Counted from the stretch's first letter, positions 30,591 to 40,800 are shown. The stretch is DNA of 64,000 nt from Candidatus Multivorans sp. (GCA_965247095.1 OZ251997.1:32001-96000), one strand, 5' to 3'. The notes: a model not told the origin generated them from the sequence alone. Translations and numbers: made by a program.

Positions 30591-31567
30591 TCGGCGCCGG
30601 TGCTTGCGCCGCCCCCGCCGGTCACGTGCTCGTCGAGGAAGGCACGGATGACCTGGAAGATCTCCTGCGCTTCTGCGGCTGAGAAGTTGCCGTGGCCCTT
30701 GCCCGGCACGGTGTGGATCTTGTTGGTCACACCGGCCTCATCGAGCGCGGCGTGCAGATCGAGGGCGTGCTGGTAGGGGACGATGTTGTCCGCGTCGCCG
30801 TGGATGGTCAGGATCGGCGGCAGGCCGGTACGGACGTAGGTCATCGGCGACACGCGCTCCGCGAGCTCCATGCGGTCCGTCTTCGAGCCCATCCAGGCGA
30901 CGGCGTAGGTCTTCGCGTTCTCGCCGTGGAGCAGATCGCCCACGTCGGTGATGCCGAACCAGTTGACGATCGCGGCGACCGGCATCTCGGGCTCCGTTGC
31001 CTTGGCCCAGCCGGGCTTCGAGGTGTCCGTATCGGGGCAGAGCCGGTCGAGGCCGGCCGACGCCGGCAGCATTCCGGTGGTCAGCGACAGGTGACCGCCG
31101 GCCGAGGCGCCCGTGGTCACGATCCGGCTGGTGTCGAAGTTGTACTGCTCGGCGTTGCGGTGAACCCAGCGCAACGCACAGCGGCAGTCTTCGACGGCGC
31201 CGGGCGCCAGCGCGTTCCGCCCCAGGCGGTACTCCACGTTGACGACCGCCCAGCCCATCTCGAGGTAGGGGAGGGCGCGCAGCACGCTGCTCTCCTTCGT
31301 GCCGCCGACCCAGCCGCCGCCGTGGATGTAGATCAGGGTCGGTACGGGCTCTTCACCGCGGGGCGTCATCACGTCGAGCTTCGACTCGTAGCCGTCGGCG
31401 GTCAGGTACGTGATGTTCGGAGCCACCCGGTACTTGCTCATGATGTCGACGGCCAGGGAGTCGCCGTTCTGGGCGAAGACGGGGGTAGTCGAGGCGAAGA
31501 GCAGCGCGGCGGCGATGCAGGCGGCGGCGCTCGCGGCGGTACGCGAAGTTCGGCTGAGTCGAGTCAC
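30587..31567 (-). CDS. Exported alpha/beta hydrolase (esterase/lipase, BD-FAE-like)
   Basis: Signal peptide; HGGGW oxyanion motif, GASAGG nucleophile, HGDAD and GH catalytic motifs. Confidence 0.88.
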   Translation of the reverse strand: MTRLSRTSRTAASAAACIAAALLFASTTPVFAQNGDSLAVDIMSKYRVAPNITYLTADGYESKLDVMTPRGEEPVPTLIYIHGGGWVGGTKESSVLRALPYLEMGWAVVNVEYRLGRNALAPGAVEDCRCALRWVHRNAEQYNFDTSRIVTTGASAGGHLSLTTGMLPASAGLDRLCPDTDTSKPGWAKATEPEMPVAAIVNWFGITDVGDLLHGENAKTYAVAWMGSKTDRMELAERVSPMTYVRTGLPPILTIHGDADNIVPYQHALDLHAALDEAGVTNKIHTVPGKGHGNFSAAEAQEIFQVIRAFLDEHVTGGGGASTGAE

Positions 31568-31623
31568 AACGGACCTCCCTTGATTGGGTCGGGATTGGGG
31601 ATGGAGGGGGGCGAGTCTAGCGG

Positions 31624-34047
31624 TCAGCCGACGATGCCGCGGCGGCGGTAGTCGGCGAGTTCGTCGTTTGACAAGCCGAGCAGGCCGCCGAGGATCGCGT
31701 CGGTGTGCTCGCCGAGAAGAGGCGCGCGGCGCGGCGTGAGATCGCGGCCCTCGATGCGGAACGGCGGGCCGACGAGTTCCAGGTCGCCGAGGTCCGGGTG
31801 CTCGACGGTGACGAAGGAGCCGCGGGCGCGCAGGTGGGAGTCGGCGTAGAGGTCGCGCGCGTCGCGCGACGGGGCGGCCGCTACACCGGCATTGCAGAGC
31901 TCGCGCGCCAGCCAGTCGCGGTCCCGTTCCCTGGTCCAGGGGCCGATGATCTGGTCGAGTTCGCCTTCGTTTTGCTTGCGGGCGCCGGCGGTGGCGAAGC
32001 GCGGATCCTCGGCCAGGTCAGGCCGGCCCATCGTGGCCGCCAGGCGGCCGAACTCCTCGTTGCTGTGCACCTCGATCGCGAGCCAGCGGTCGACCCCCCA
32101 GCAGCGGTAGACGCTGTGCGGCGCCGAACTGCGGTGCGCGTTGCCGGCCCGCTCCGGGATCTCGCCCGTCATCTCGTACTCGAGGAGCACCTCGCCGAGC
32201 AGGGAGCTGACGCCCTCGCACTGGGAGTAGTCGATGAACTGGCCCTCGCCGGTCCGCTCGCGGTGGTGCAGGGCCGCGACGACCGAGAAGGCGAGCGTGA
32301 TCGCGTTCATCACATCGACGTCGCCGCCGCTGTGGGTCGGGTGGTCGTCGGGGTAGCCGGAGATGTACGCGCCGCCGGCGACGCCCTGGTGGACCATCGC
32401 GTAGCCGAGGTACTCGGTTTCCGGGCCGCCGTGGCCGCGGCCGGATGAGGACGCGACGATGAGCCCGGGGTTCGTCCGGCGAAGGTTCTCGTGATCGAGG
32501 CCGAGCTTGACCATCGCGCCGGGGCGCATGTTGTCGTAGACCACGTCGCACTCGCCGGCGAGGCGGAGTGCGAGTTCGCGGCCCTCGGGCTGCGACAGGT
32601 CGAGCGTCAGCGAGCGCTTGTTCAGGTTCATCGTGTTGAAGACCAACCCGGCGTCGGGGCCGACCTTCTGCGGCGCTTCCTCCGCGCGCGGCCAGATCAC
32701 CGACCGGCGGGTCAGATCGAGCCGCTTCGGCCCCTCGACCTTGATCACCTCGGCGCCGAGGGCCGAGAGCAGGACGCCGGCGTAAGGCCCGGCCCAGACC
32801 CAGGCGAACTCGGCGACGCGGATGCCCTCGAGCGGCAGGGACGGGCGGGACGGGGCGGCAGCCGGTTCGGCGCTCCATGAGGCAATGGTGGGTCGCGCGC
32901 CGGTGGCGCCGCCGCCGTTCAGTTCGCTGCGAATCTCCGCGGAGTGCTCGCCCAAGAGCGGTGCCGGGCGCGAGACCCGCGGCTTCGACGCGCCCATCCG
33001 GTACGGCCAGCCGGCGTAGCGCTTCGTCCCGGCGCGGGGATGGGCGACAGGGACGAAGTAGTCGCGCGCCGCGTACTGCGCGTACCCCATCACGTCGGCG
33101 GCGTCGTGAATCGGGCCGACGGGAATGCCGAGCCGGGCGGCGCGGTGGTAGAGGTCGTCGCGCTTCTGCTCGAGCGCCCAGGCGTCGACCTGGGGTGCGA
33201 TCTCCATCAGGTGGTGGCTGCGGTAGGCCATGTCCTTCCACTCGTCGCCCTCGCACCACGAGGGGTTGCCCATCAGTTCTCGAAAGAGCTCGAAGTGGTG
33301 GTCGTCGAAGGCGTTGAGGATCACGTAGCCGTCGCTTGTCTTGAGGCGGCCCATGGCGGGCGGGCGGTCCGGCACCCGAGACCAGGTGGTCTCGTGGTAG
33401 CGGGCGCTGGCGAGGAGCGGCGCCACCAGGCTGACCATCACGTCCTGGATCGAGACGTCGACGCGGGCGCCCGCGCCGCCGTGGCGGCGTTCGTAGAGCA
33501 GGGCCGCGACCGCGAGCGCCGCCACCAGGCCGCCGTGGTAGCCGGCCTGGTGGCCGCCCAGGGTGACCGGCGCGCGGTCGATGTCGCGCGACCGGGCCGG
33601 CATCTGGTTGACGAGTCCGCCGCCGTGGGTGAGCGTCAGTTCCCCGGCCGGTGCGGCGGCTCTGGGGCCGTCCAGACCGTAGGGCGTGACCGCCGCCACG
33701 ATCAGATCGGCCCTCGTCTCGACCGGCGGCTCCCGGTCGGCGATCAGGACGGCGGCGTCGCCGAGCAACGCGACGAAGGTCTCGCGGTCGCGGTCGTCGT
33801 CCAGGTCGAGGACGATCCCGCGCTTGCTCGTGTTGCAGTACAGGAACAGCGGCGAGGCTTCCGGGTCGTCGCCGGATGCTCGTCGCGCGCGGTCGCCGGC
33901 CGGCGGCTCGACCTTGATCACGTCGGCGCCGAGGTCGGCGAGCAGCTTGCCGCAGTACGGGCCGGCGACGCCTTCGGCCAGCTCGATGACACGGAAGCCG
34001 GTGAACGGTCCACCGGCTGTAGCTGTGTGGGACTCCTGATCCGTCAT
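31624..34047 (-). CDS. Family III (CaiB/BaiF) CoA-transferase, tandem two-domain fusion, 807 aa
   Basis: Two copies of the AGP...L..LGA.VIKVE motif; ATG 34047 overlaps the upstream TGA (ATGA). Confidence 0.9.
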   Translation of the reverse strand: MTDQESHTATAGGPFTGFRVIELAEGVAGPYCGKLLADLGADVIKVEPPAGDRARRASGDDPEASPLFLYCNTSKRGIVLDLDDDRDRETFVALLGDAAVLIADREPPVETRADLIVAAVTPYGLDGPRAAAPAGELTLTHGGGLVNQMPARSRDIDRAPVTLGGHQAGYHGGLVAALAVAALLYERRHGGAGARVDVSIQDVMVSLVAPLLASARYHETTWSRVPDRPPAMGRLKTSDGYVILNAFDDHHFELFRELMGNPSWCEGDEWKDMAYRSHHLMEIAPQVDAWALEQKRDDLYHRAARLGIPVGPIHDAADVMGYAQYAARDYFVPVAHPRAGTKRYAGWPYRMGASKPRVSRPAPLLGEHSAEIRSELNGGGATGARPTIASWSAEPAAAPSRPSLPLEGIRVAEFAWVWAGPYAGVLLSALGAEVIKVEGPKRLDLTRRSVIWPRAEEAPQKVGPDAGLVFNTMNLNKRSLTLDLSQPEGRELALRLAGECDVVYDNMRPGAMVKLGLDHENLRRTNPGLIVASSSGRGHGGPETEYLGYAMVHQGVAGGAYISGYPDDHPTHSGGDVDVMNAITLAFSVVAALHHRERTGEGQFIDYSQCEGVSSLLGEVLLEYEMTGEIPERAGNAHRSSAPHSVYRCWGVDRWLAIEVHSNEEFGRLAATMGRPDLAEDPRFATAGARKQNEGELDQIIGPWTRERDRDWLARELCNAGVAAAPSRDARDLYADSHLRARGSFVTVEHPDLGDLELVGPPFRIEGRDLTPRRAPLLGEHTDAILGGLLGLSNDELADYRRRGIVG

Positions 34048-35825
34048 TTCAGCTTGTAGGCCTCCCTCGCCGAGCGCAGCCACTCGTGGTCGTCACCGTC
34101 TCCGAAGTAGTAGAAGACCGCTCCGTTCGGGAGCATCAGCACGCCGATGCCGCCGTAGCCCAGCATCTGGCGCACCCAGATCTCCTTCGTGTCGGTGCCG
34201 GCGGAGGTGACCTGAATCTGCCGCGACCAGACGGAGTTGTTGTATTTGTTCGGCTTGGCCTGGTGGACGGCGTCGAGGCCGCGGTCCTCCTCGTTCTCCT
34301 GCATGGCCGCCGCCAGCAGGTCCGGATGGAGCACGTGACGGTCGCCGATCCGGCCGCGCTGTACGTTGAGCAGGTTCGCGATCTTGAGGATGTCGTCCGG
34401 GGTCCAGAACATGCCGTAGCCGCCGAAGGGCCGGCCGTCGGCCCGGTTGTCGGTGCGCACCGCCTGGAGCGCGCCGGCCGACAGGCCGAGGGGCCGGTAG
34501 ACCTCGTCGGCGACGAAGGCGAGCAAGTCGGCGGGCTCCTTCTTCGTGGCGCCGGCGAGGCGGCCGACGTACTCCGTCATCGCGTACGTCAGCAGGTAGG
34601 TGTCCGTCGTGTGGTACACCCAGCGCCGGCCGGGCGGCTCCTTGGTGGTGAAGGCCATGGCGCCCCGGAGCCTGCGGTTCTGGTTCTCGACGACGAAGAA
34701 GTTCAGCTCGGTCGTCGTGTCCTTCTCGTCTTCCTGGTCGCCGGGATCCCAGTAGTGGCCGGTCGCCATGTCCAGCAGGTGCTCGAAGGTCACGCCTTGC
34801 CAGCGGCCCTTGGGGGGCTTCGGCAGGTAGTCCCTGAGTGGAAGCCGGGCGACGTCCTCGCCGTGCATCTGGGCCAGCCGCATCAGCGCCACTGCGGCGA
34901 AGGCGGTCTTGGCGGTCGAGTAGGACGGCAGGCGGATCCGGTCCGGGTAGGGATAGTCGCCGTGACGGGTGCGAACGGGGCCGGCGTAGTGGACGCCGTC
35001 GAAGGCGACGCCGAACGCGGTCAGGTGTTCGCGGTCCATGCCGGCGCCGAACGACTGCGAGTAGACCTGGGATCGCGGGTGGTCGCCCCGGATTTCGTCG
35101 ATCGGGCGCACCGGTATTCGGGCCGCAACCTCCGCGGCGTAGGCGTCGGCGACCGCCTGGGCGTCCGGCGACTCGCCGGCCACGAAGCGTGCGGGGCCGG
35201 CGTCCCAGAGGTCGAACTTGAAGTACTTGCAGGTTTCCTGAGTCACCTGGAAGGCGGCGGGCGAGGTGGCGCTGCCGTCGAAGAGGAAGGACACGACGCC
35301 GTGGTAGGCGCAGTTCTGGTTGCGCTCGACCAGGGTGATCGGCAGCGAGGCCCGGCTCTTGCCGCCGTCTCCGCGTTCGCTCCAGATGCGCCCCGCGCCG
35401 ACGATCGCATTCCAATAGGCGTCGCCGGTGAAGCGGAGCCCCCGGTTGGCCGGGATCAGGTGGGAGCCGCTCTGGGTGAGAACGACTTCGAGCCGCGGGA
35501 TGCGGCGCAAGGCGGAGGTGATCGGCGGCTCCAGCGCCCGCGAGTAGAAGTCATGGTGAACGGTCCACGACGACGCACCCCCTCCGAAGAGTTGCAGGGT
35601 TCCCTGCATCTGATGACGCGGCGGCGCGGCGTTCTCGGGCAGCGCGAAGGCCGAGTTGTCGATCGGCGACGGGAGCTCGCCGGCTTGTAGTTGTGAGGCC
35701 CTCAGCAGGGTCCGTGCCACTTCGCCCGAGCCAGTCAGGGGGTCGCCAGGCACGTTCGCGGCGGTTGCCGGCATCACCGCGCTCAGCGCGAAGGCGAGCA
35801 GGAACACGGAGGAGGAAGCGGGCAT
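34044..35825 (-). CDS. Exported serine hydrolase (beta-lactamase/class C-like fold), 593 aa
   Basis: Start reset to ATG 35825 (signal peptide, TACCAT upstream); SxxK in PSYSTAKT, HLLDMATG, WVYHT, GYGG. Confidence 0.8.
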   Translation of the reverse strand: MPASSSVFLLAFALSAVMPATAANVPGDPLTGSGEVARTLLRASQLQAGELPSPIDNSAFALPENAAPPRHQMQGTLQLFGGGASSWTVHHDFYSRALEPPITSALRRIPRLEVVLTQSGSHLIPANRGLRFTGDAYWNAIVGAGRIWSERGDGGKSRASLPITLVERNQNCAYHGVVSFLFDGSATSPAAFQVTQETCKYFKFDLWDAGPARFVAGESPDAQAVADAYAAEVAARIPVRPIDEIRGDHPRSQVYSQSFGAGMDREHLTAFGVAFDGVHYAGPVRTRHGDYPYPDRIRLPSYSTAKTAFAAVALMRLAQMHGEDVARLPLRDYLPKPPKGRWQGVTFEHLLDMATGHYWDPGDQEDEKDTTTELNFFVVENQNRRLRGAMAFTTKEPPGRRWVYHTTDTYLLTYAMTEYVGRLAGATKKEPADLLAFVADEVYRPLGLSAGALQAVRTDNRADGRPFGGYGMFWTPDDILKIANLLNVQRGRIGDRHVLHPDLLAAAMQENEEDRGLDAVHQAKPNKYNNSVWSRQIQVTSAGTDTKEIWVRQMLGYGGIGVLMLPNGAVFYYFGDGDDHEWLRSAREAYKLK

Positions 35826-35873
35826 GGCGGCTGATGGTAGCTTGCCCGAGACGCCCCACGTTGTGAATCCGGC

Positions 35874-36785
<912 letters not shown>

Positions 36786-36791
36786 GGGCTT

Positions 36792-36942
36792 GCGCGGCAG
36801 AACGATCTGGACCTGGGAACCTGTGTGGCGCGACCCGCGCCACACGCGAACCAGTCCGTGCGCCCGTCATCGGGCGCACGGATGGCACGCGGGCATCCTG
36901 CCCGCATCCGGCGCGGAGCGCCGGCCTCCGGTAGTTCTGCCG
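36792..36942 (+). repeat. Expanded MITE-like/REP element carrying two extra hairpins
   Basis: Same head (GCGCGGCAGAACGATCTG-ACCTGGGAAC) and tail as 49184-49268, with about 68 bp inserted that contain stems 36823-36845 and 36855-36882. Confidence 0.75.
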
Positions 36943-37071
36943 TTCTAGCCCGAAGTTCTGAGGCTCCTGGGGCCTCCTCGTCGTCGAGAGGCGTTGCAGT
37001 GCTTGGGTTTTCGGGTGTTGGGCCGCCCCTGTTTTCTGCCATTGGTAGCCATGTAAGGATCTCGTGGCATG

Positions 37072-37100
37072 TAGACATTCTGAATGGTTGCGTCTACAAT
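37072..37100 (+). promoter_or_regulatory. Putative sigma70 promoter of the transposase (probably leaderless)
   Basis: TAGACA-17 nt-TACAAT, 8 nt before ATG 37109; overlapped by inverted repeat TGTAGAC/GTCTACA. Confidence 0.65.
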
Positions 37101-37108
37101 GAGAAGCC

Positions 37109-38827
37109 ATGTACATCGAACGGGTACCCAACCGAAACTCACCACCCGCCGTCCTGCTGAGAGAGTCCTACCGACAGGACGGAAAGGTCAAGAAACGCAC
37201 TCTCGCCAACCTCTCCAAGTGGCCCGACCAACTCGTCGAAGGACTCAGAACCCTGCTCAAGGGAGGAGTCGCCCTGCCTTCGCTCGAGGCCGCCTTCGAA
37301 ATCCTGCGCGCCAGACCGCACGGCCATGTCGCCGCCGTCCTCGGCGTGGCCCGAAGCCTCGGCATCGAACGACTCCTCGACCGACGGCCCTCGCGCGAAC
37401 GGGCACTGGCGCTGGCCATGATCGCGGCCCGCATCCTCGAGCCGCGATCCAAGCTCGCCACCGCCCGCGGACTCGCGAGCGAGACCATGAGCCACACCCT
37501 CGGCGAGGAACTCGGCGTGCAGGAGGCCTCGGCCGACGAACTCTACGGCGCCATGGACTGGCTGCTCGAAAGACAGCCGCGCATCGAGCGGACTCTTGCC
37601 CGGCGGCATCTGGAAGACGGCTCGCTGGTGCTTTACGACGTGACCTCGGTCTACTTTGAGGGCAGGAAGTGCACGCTGGCCAGGCACGGCTACTCCAGGG
37701 ACAAGAAGAGAGGCAAGGTCCAGATCGTCTTCGGCCTGCTCTGCAGCCGGGACGGATGCCCGGTCGCGGTCGAGGTATTCGAGGGCAACACGGCCGATCC
37801 GACGACCCTGAACGCCCAGGTGCAGAAGCTCCGCGACCGCTTCTCGCTGGAGAGGATCGTGATGGTCTCAGACCGGGGCCTGATCACCGACGCGCGCATC
37901 CGCGAGGACCTCGACCCCGCGGGCCTGTCCTGGATCAGCGCCCTGCGCGCGCCGGCGATCAGGACGCTGGCCCAGGAAGGCCACCTGCAACTGTCGCTCT
38001 TCGACCAGCGGAAGATGGCCGAGATCAGCGTCCCGGAGCTGTACCCCAAGGAGCGCCTCGTGGTGTGCCGGAACCCGCTTCTGGCGGAGGAACGCGGCCG
38101 CAAGCGCCAGGAGCTTCTCGAATCCACCGAGCGCAAGCTCGACGCCGTCGTTGCGGCGACGCGGCGCAAGAAGAACCCCCTGCGCGGCAAGGACGCCATC
38201 GCCGTGCGCGCGGACCGCGCCCTGGGCGCCTACAAGGTCGGCAAGCACTTCGAGGTCGAGATCGAAGAGGACGGCTTCCAATACCGCCGCAACGAGGCGC
38301 GCATCGCCGAGGAAGCCGCTCTCGACGGCTTCTACGTCATCCGCACCAACGTCCCCGAAGACGAACTGCCGGCAGCCGATGCGGTCCGCGCCTACAAGAG
38401 CCTCAGCCGCGTCGAACGCGCCTTCCGCTCCTACAAGAGCGTCGACCTCAAAGTGCGCCCCGTCCACCATCGCCTAGCCTCGAGGGTACGCGCCCACGTC
38501 TTCCTCTGCATGCTCGCCTACTACGTCGAGTGGCACATGCGCCGGACCCTGGCGCCCCTCCTCTTCGACGACCAACGCCGCGACGACCAACGCGAGTCGC
38601 CCGTCGATCCCGCGCGAAGGTCGCACGAGGCAATGACCAAGGCCAACTCCCGGAGGACCCCCGACGGACTCCCCGTCCACAGCTTCCAGACCTTGCTCGC
38701 CGACCTGGCCACGCTGACCCGAAACCGCGTGCGGATGCACGGCAAGGCCGACTCCACCGCCGACGTCCTCGCACGGCCCACTCCACTCCAGAACGAAGCC
38801 TTCAAACTACTCGGCATCCGCCCCTGA
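37109..38827 (+). CDS. IS1634 family DDE transposase
   Basis: MYIERVPNRNSPPAVLLRESYR..GKVKKRTLANLS; LYDVTSVYFEG, GYSRD, SDRG, VERAFRSYK, HVFLCMLAY. Confidence 0.95.
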   Translation: MYIERVPNRNSPPAVLLRESYRQDGKVKKRTLANLSKWPDQLVEGLRTLLKGGVALPSLEAAFEILRARPHGHVAAVLGVARSLGIERLLDRRPSRERALALAMIAARILEPRSKLATARGLASETMSHTLGEELGVQEASADELYGAMDWLLERQPRIERTLARRHLEDGSLVLYDVTSVYFEGRKCTLARHGYSRDKKRGKVQIVFGLLCSRDGCPVAVEVFEGNTADPTTLNAQVQKLRDRFSLERIVMVSDRGLITDARIREDLDPAGLSWISALRAPAIRTLAQEGHLQLSLFDQRKMAEISVPELYPKERLVVCRNPLLAEERGRKRQELLESTERKLDAVVAATRRKKNPLRGKDAIAVRADRALGAYKVGKHFEVEIEEDGFQYRRNEARIAEEAALDGFYVIRTNVPEDELPAADAVRAYKSLSRVERAFRSYKSVDLKVRPVHHRLASRVRAHVFLCMLAYYVEWHMRRTLAPLLFDDQRRDDQRESPVDPARRSHEAMTKANSRRTPDGLPVHSFQTLLADLATLTRNRVRMHGKADSTADVLARPTPLQNEAFKLLGIRP

Positions 38828-38952
38828 AGTCGACGTACCCAGTACAAGACACCGCCGAACAACTGAAAACGCCCACCACTACAGGCGATTTCACGACTTG
38901 AAGCTCAGAACTTCGGTCTAGCGCCCCTTCCGGCAGTAGGATCCGGTCCGCG

Positions 38953-40731
38953 ATGAAGCTGATCGACAAACTCCGCTCGGCGATCTCTGAAGGGCGGCCG
39001 TTCTACTCGTTCGAGTACTTCCCGCCGAAGACGGAGACGGGGATCGAGAACCTCTACGCGCGCATCGAGCGAATGGGTCGGCTCGAGCCCGCGTTCGTCG
39101 ACGTGACCTGGGGCGCCGGCGGCAGCACCGCCGAACTCACGTTCGAACTGGCGAGCACGATCGAGAACGTGCTCGGCCTCGAAACGATGATGCATCTGAC
39201 CTGCACGAACATGCCGCGCCGGAAGATCGCGGCGGTGCTCGAGGACTGCCGCGCCCGCGGCATCGGCAACATCCTGGCGCTGCGCGGCGACCCGCCGCGC
39301 GGCCGCGGTTCCTGGTCGGCGGTGACCGACGGTTTCGCCCATGCCTCGGACCTGGTGCGCTTCATCCGCGAGGAGCACGGCGATTACTTTGGAATCTGCG
39401 TCGGGGGCTATCCCGAAGGGCACCCGGAGGCTGCGAGCCGGGAGCGCGATCTGGACCATCTGGCCGAGAAGGTGGCGACCGGCGCGGACTTCGTGATTAC
39501 TCAGATGTTCTACGAGCCGGAGCTGTATCTGCGCTTCGTCGACGGCTGCCGCGAGCGTGGCATCTCCTGCCCGCTGGTTCCCGGTCTGGCGCCGATCAAC
39601 GGCTACCAGTCGTTCCAGCGCATCACCGGCTTCGGCGCCAGCGCGCCGCCCGAGATCGCGCGGGAGATCGAGGCGCGCCGCTTCCACGACGCTTCGGTGC
39701 GCGAGTACGGGCAGGATCTGTTGACCGGAATCTGCCGCCGCTTGCTCGACGGCGGCGCCCCCGGCCTGCACTTCTACACCTTGAATCTCGAGCGTTCGGT
39801 GCAGGTGATCCTCCGCCGGCTGGGCATCGTGCCCGAACACACCGAGCGGGTGCTGCCCTGGCGCAGCGCGACCGCCGTCGGGCGCCCGAAGGAGGAGGTG
39901 CGGCCCATCTTCTGGGCCAACCGGCCCAAGAGCTATCTCGCTCGGACCCAGGACTGGGACGAGTTCCCGAACGGCCGCTGGGGCGATTCCGGTTCGCCCG
40001 CATTCGGCGATCTGGCGGACCATCACCTGGCGTTTCGCCCGATCAAGCCCGACGTCGCGCGCGAGCGTTGGGGACGCGAACTTGCGTCGATCGACCAGGT
40101 GCGGGGGGTCTTCGCCGGCTTCTGCCGCGGCGAGGTCGACGGCATTCCCTGGTACGACTGGCCGCTCGACCTGGAGAGCGAGCCGTTGCGGAACGCGCTG
40201 GAGCGGTTGAACCTGGCGGGGCTCTTGACGATCAACTCGCAGCCGCGGGTCAACGGCGCGCCGTCCGACGATCCGGCGGTGGGCTGGGGCGGCGCCGGCG
40301 GCCACCTCTACCAGAAGGCGTATCTCGAGTTCTTCCTGGCGCCGGAGCAGGTGCCGCCGCTGCTTGGAGCGCTGGCGGCGAACGAGAGCCTGTCGTACCA
40401 CGCGATCGACCGTTCCGGCACCGCCTACAGCAACTGCGACACGGTCAACGCGGTGACCTGGGGCGTCTTCCCGGGGGGCGAGATCCGGCAGCCGACTATT
40501 GTCGATCCGCGCTCCTTCGAGGTCTGGAAGGACGAGGCCTTCGACTTGTGGTTGTCGTCATGGGCGGCGGTCTACGAGGATGAAAGCGCGTCGCGCCGCC
40601 TGCTCCAGCGCATTCACGACACCTACTTCCTGGTCAACGTGGTCGACAACGACTACGTGGACGGTGACCTGCTGGGCTTTCTGCTCGAAGCGCTTGGCAG
40701 TCTGGACGAGCGCCGGCGCGCCGAACTCTGA
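38953..40731 (+). CDS. metF: Methylenetetrahydrofolate reductase, eukaryote-type two-domain form, 592 aa
   Basis: Catalytic domain FEYFPPKT, VTWGAGG, HLTC, ALRGD, YPEGH, TQMFY, HFYTLN; then linker RPIFWANRPKSY...WDEFPNGRWG and regulatory domain TINSQP...QKAYLEFF...NAVTWGVFP...WKDEAF. Confidence 0.95.
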   Translation: MKLIDKLRSAISEGRPFYSFEYFPPKTETGIENLYARIERMGRLEPAFVDVTWGAGGSTAELTFELASTIENVLGLETMMHLTCTNMPRRKIAAVLEDCRARGIGNILALRGDPPRGRGSWSAVTDGFAHASDLVRFIREEHGDYFGICVGGYPEGHPEAASRERDLDHLAEKVATGADFVITQMFYEPELYLRFVDGCRERGISCPLVPGLAPINGYQSFQRITGFGASAPPEIAREIEARRFHDASVREYGQDLLTGICRRLLDGGAPGLHFYTLNLERSVQVILRRLGIVPEHTERVLPWRSATAVGRPKEEVRPIFWANRPKSYLARTQDWDEFPNGRWGDSGSPAFGDLADHHLAFRPIKPDVARERWGRELASIDQVRGVFAGFCRGEVDGIPWYDWPLDLESEPLRNALERLNLAGLLTINSQPRVNGAPSDDPAVGWGGAGGHLYQKAYLEFFLAPEQVPPLLGALAANESLSYHAIDRSGTAYSNCDTVNAVTWGVFPGGEIRQPTIVDPRSFEVWKDEAFDLWLSSWAAVYEDESASRRLLQRIHDTYFLVNVVDNDYVDGDLLGFLLEALGSLDERRRAEL

Positions 40732-40739
40732 GACCGCCG

Positions 40740-40785
40740 CCCTGGGAACCCGGGCGTCTCGCCCGCATCCGGCGCGAAGCGCCGG
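40740..40785 (+). repeat. REP-like double-hairpin repeat
   Basis: CCCTGGGAACCCGGGCGTCTCGCCCGCATCCGGCGCGAAGCGCCGG between convergent 3' ends. Confidence 0.85.
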
Positions 40786-40800
40786 TCTCTGGCTCCGCCG

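Larger units (their letters stand above)
36945..38921 (+). mobile_element. IS1634-family insertion sequence
   Basis: Ends CTAGCCCGAAGTTCTGAG (36945-36962) and CTCAGAACTTCGGTCTAG (38904-38921) match 17/18 as an inverted repeat; the flanking CTAG may be a target duplication; single transposase inside. Confidence 0.92.

Noticed and set aside
36945-40731. MTHFR as cargo of a composite transposon
   Set aside because: Only one IS copy is present and its right inverted repeat closes before the MTHFR gene.
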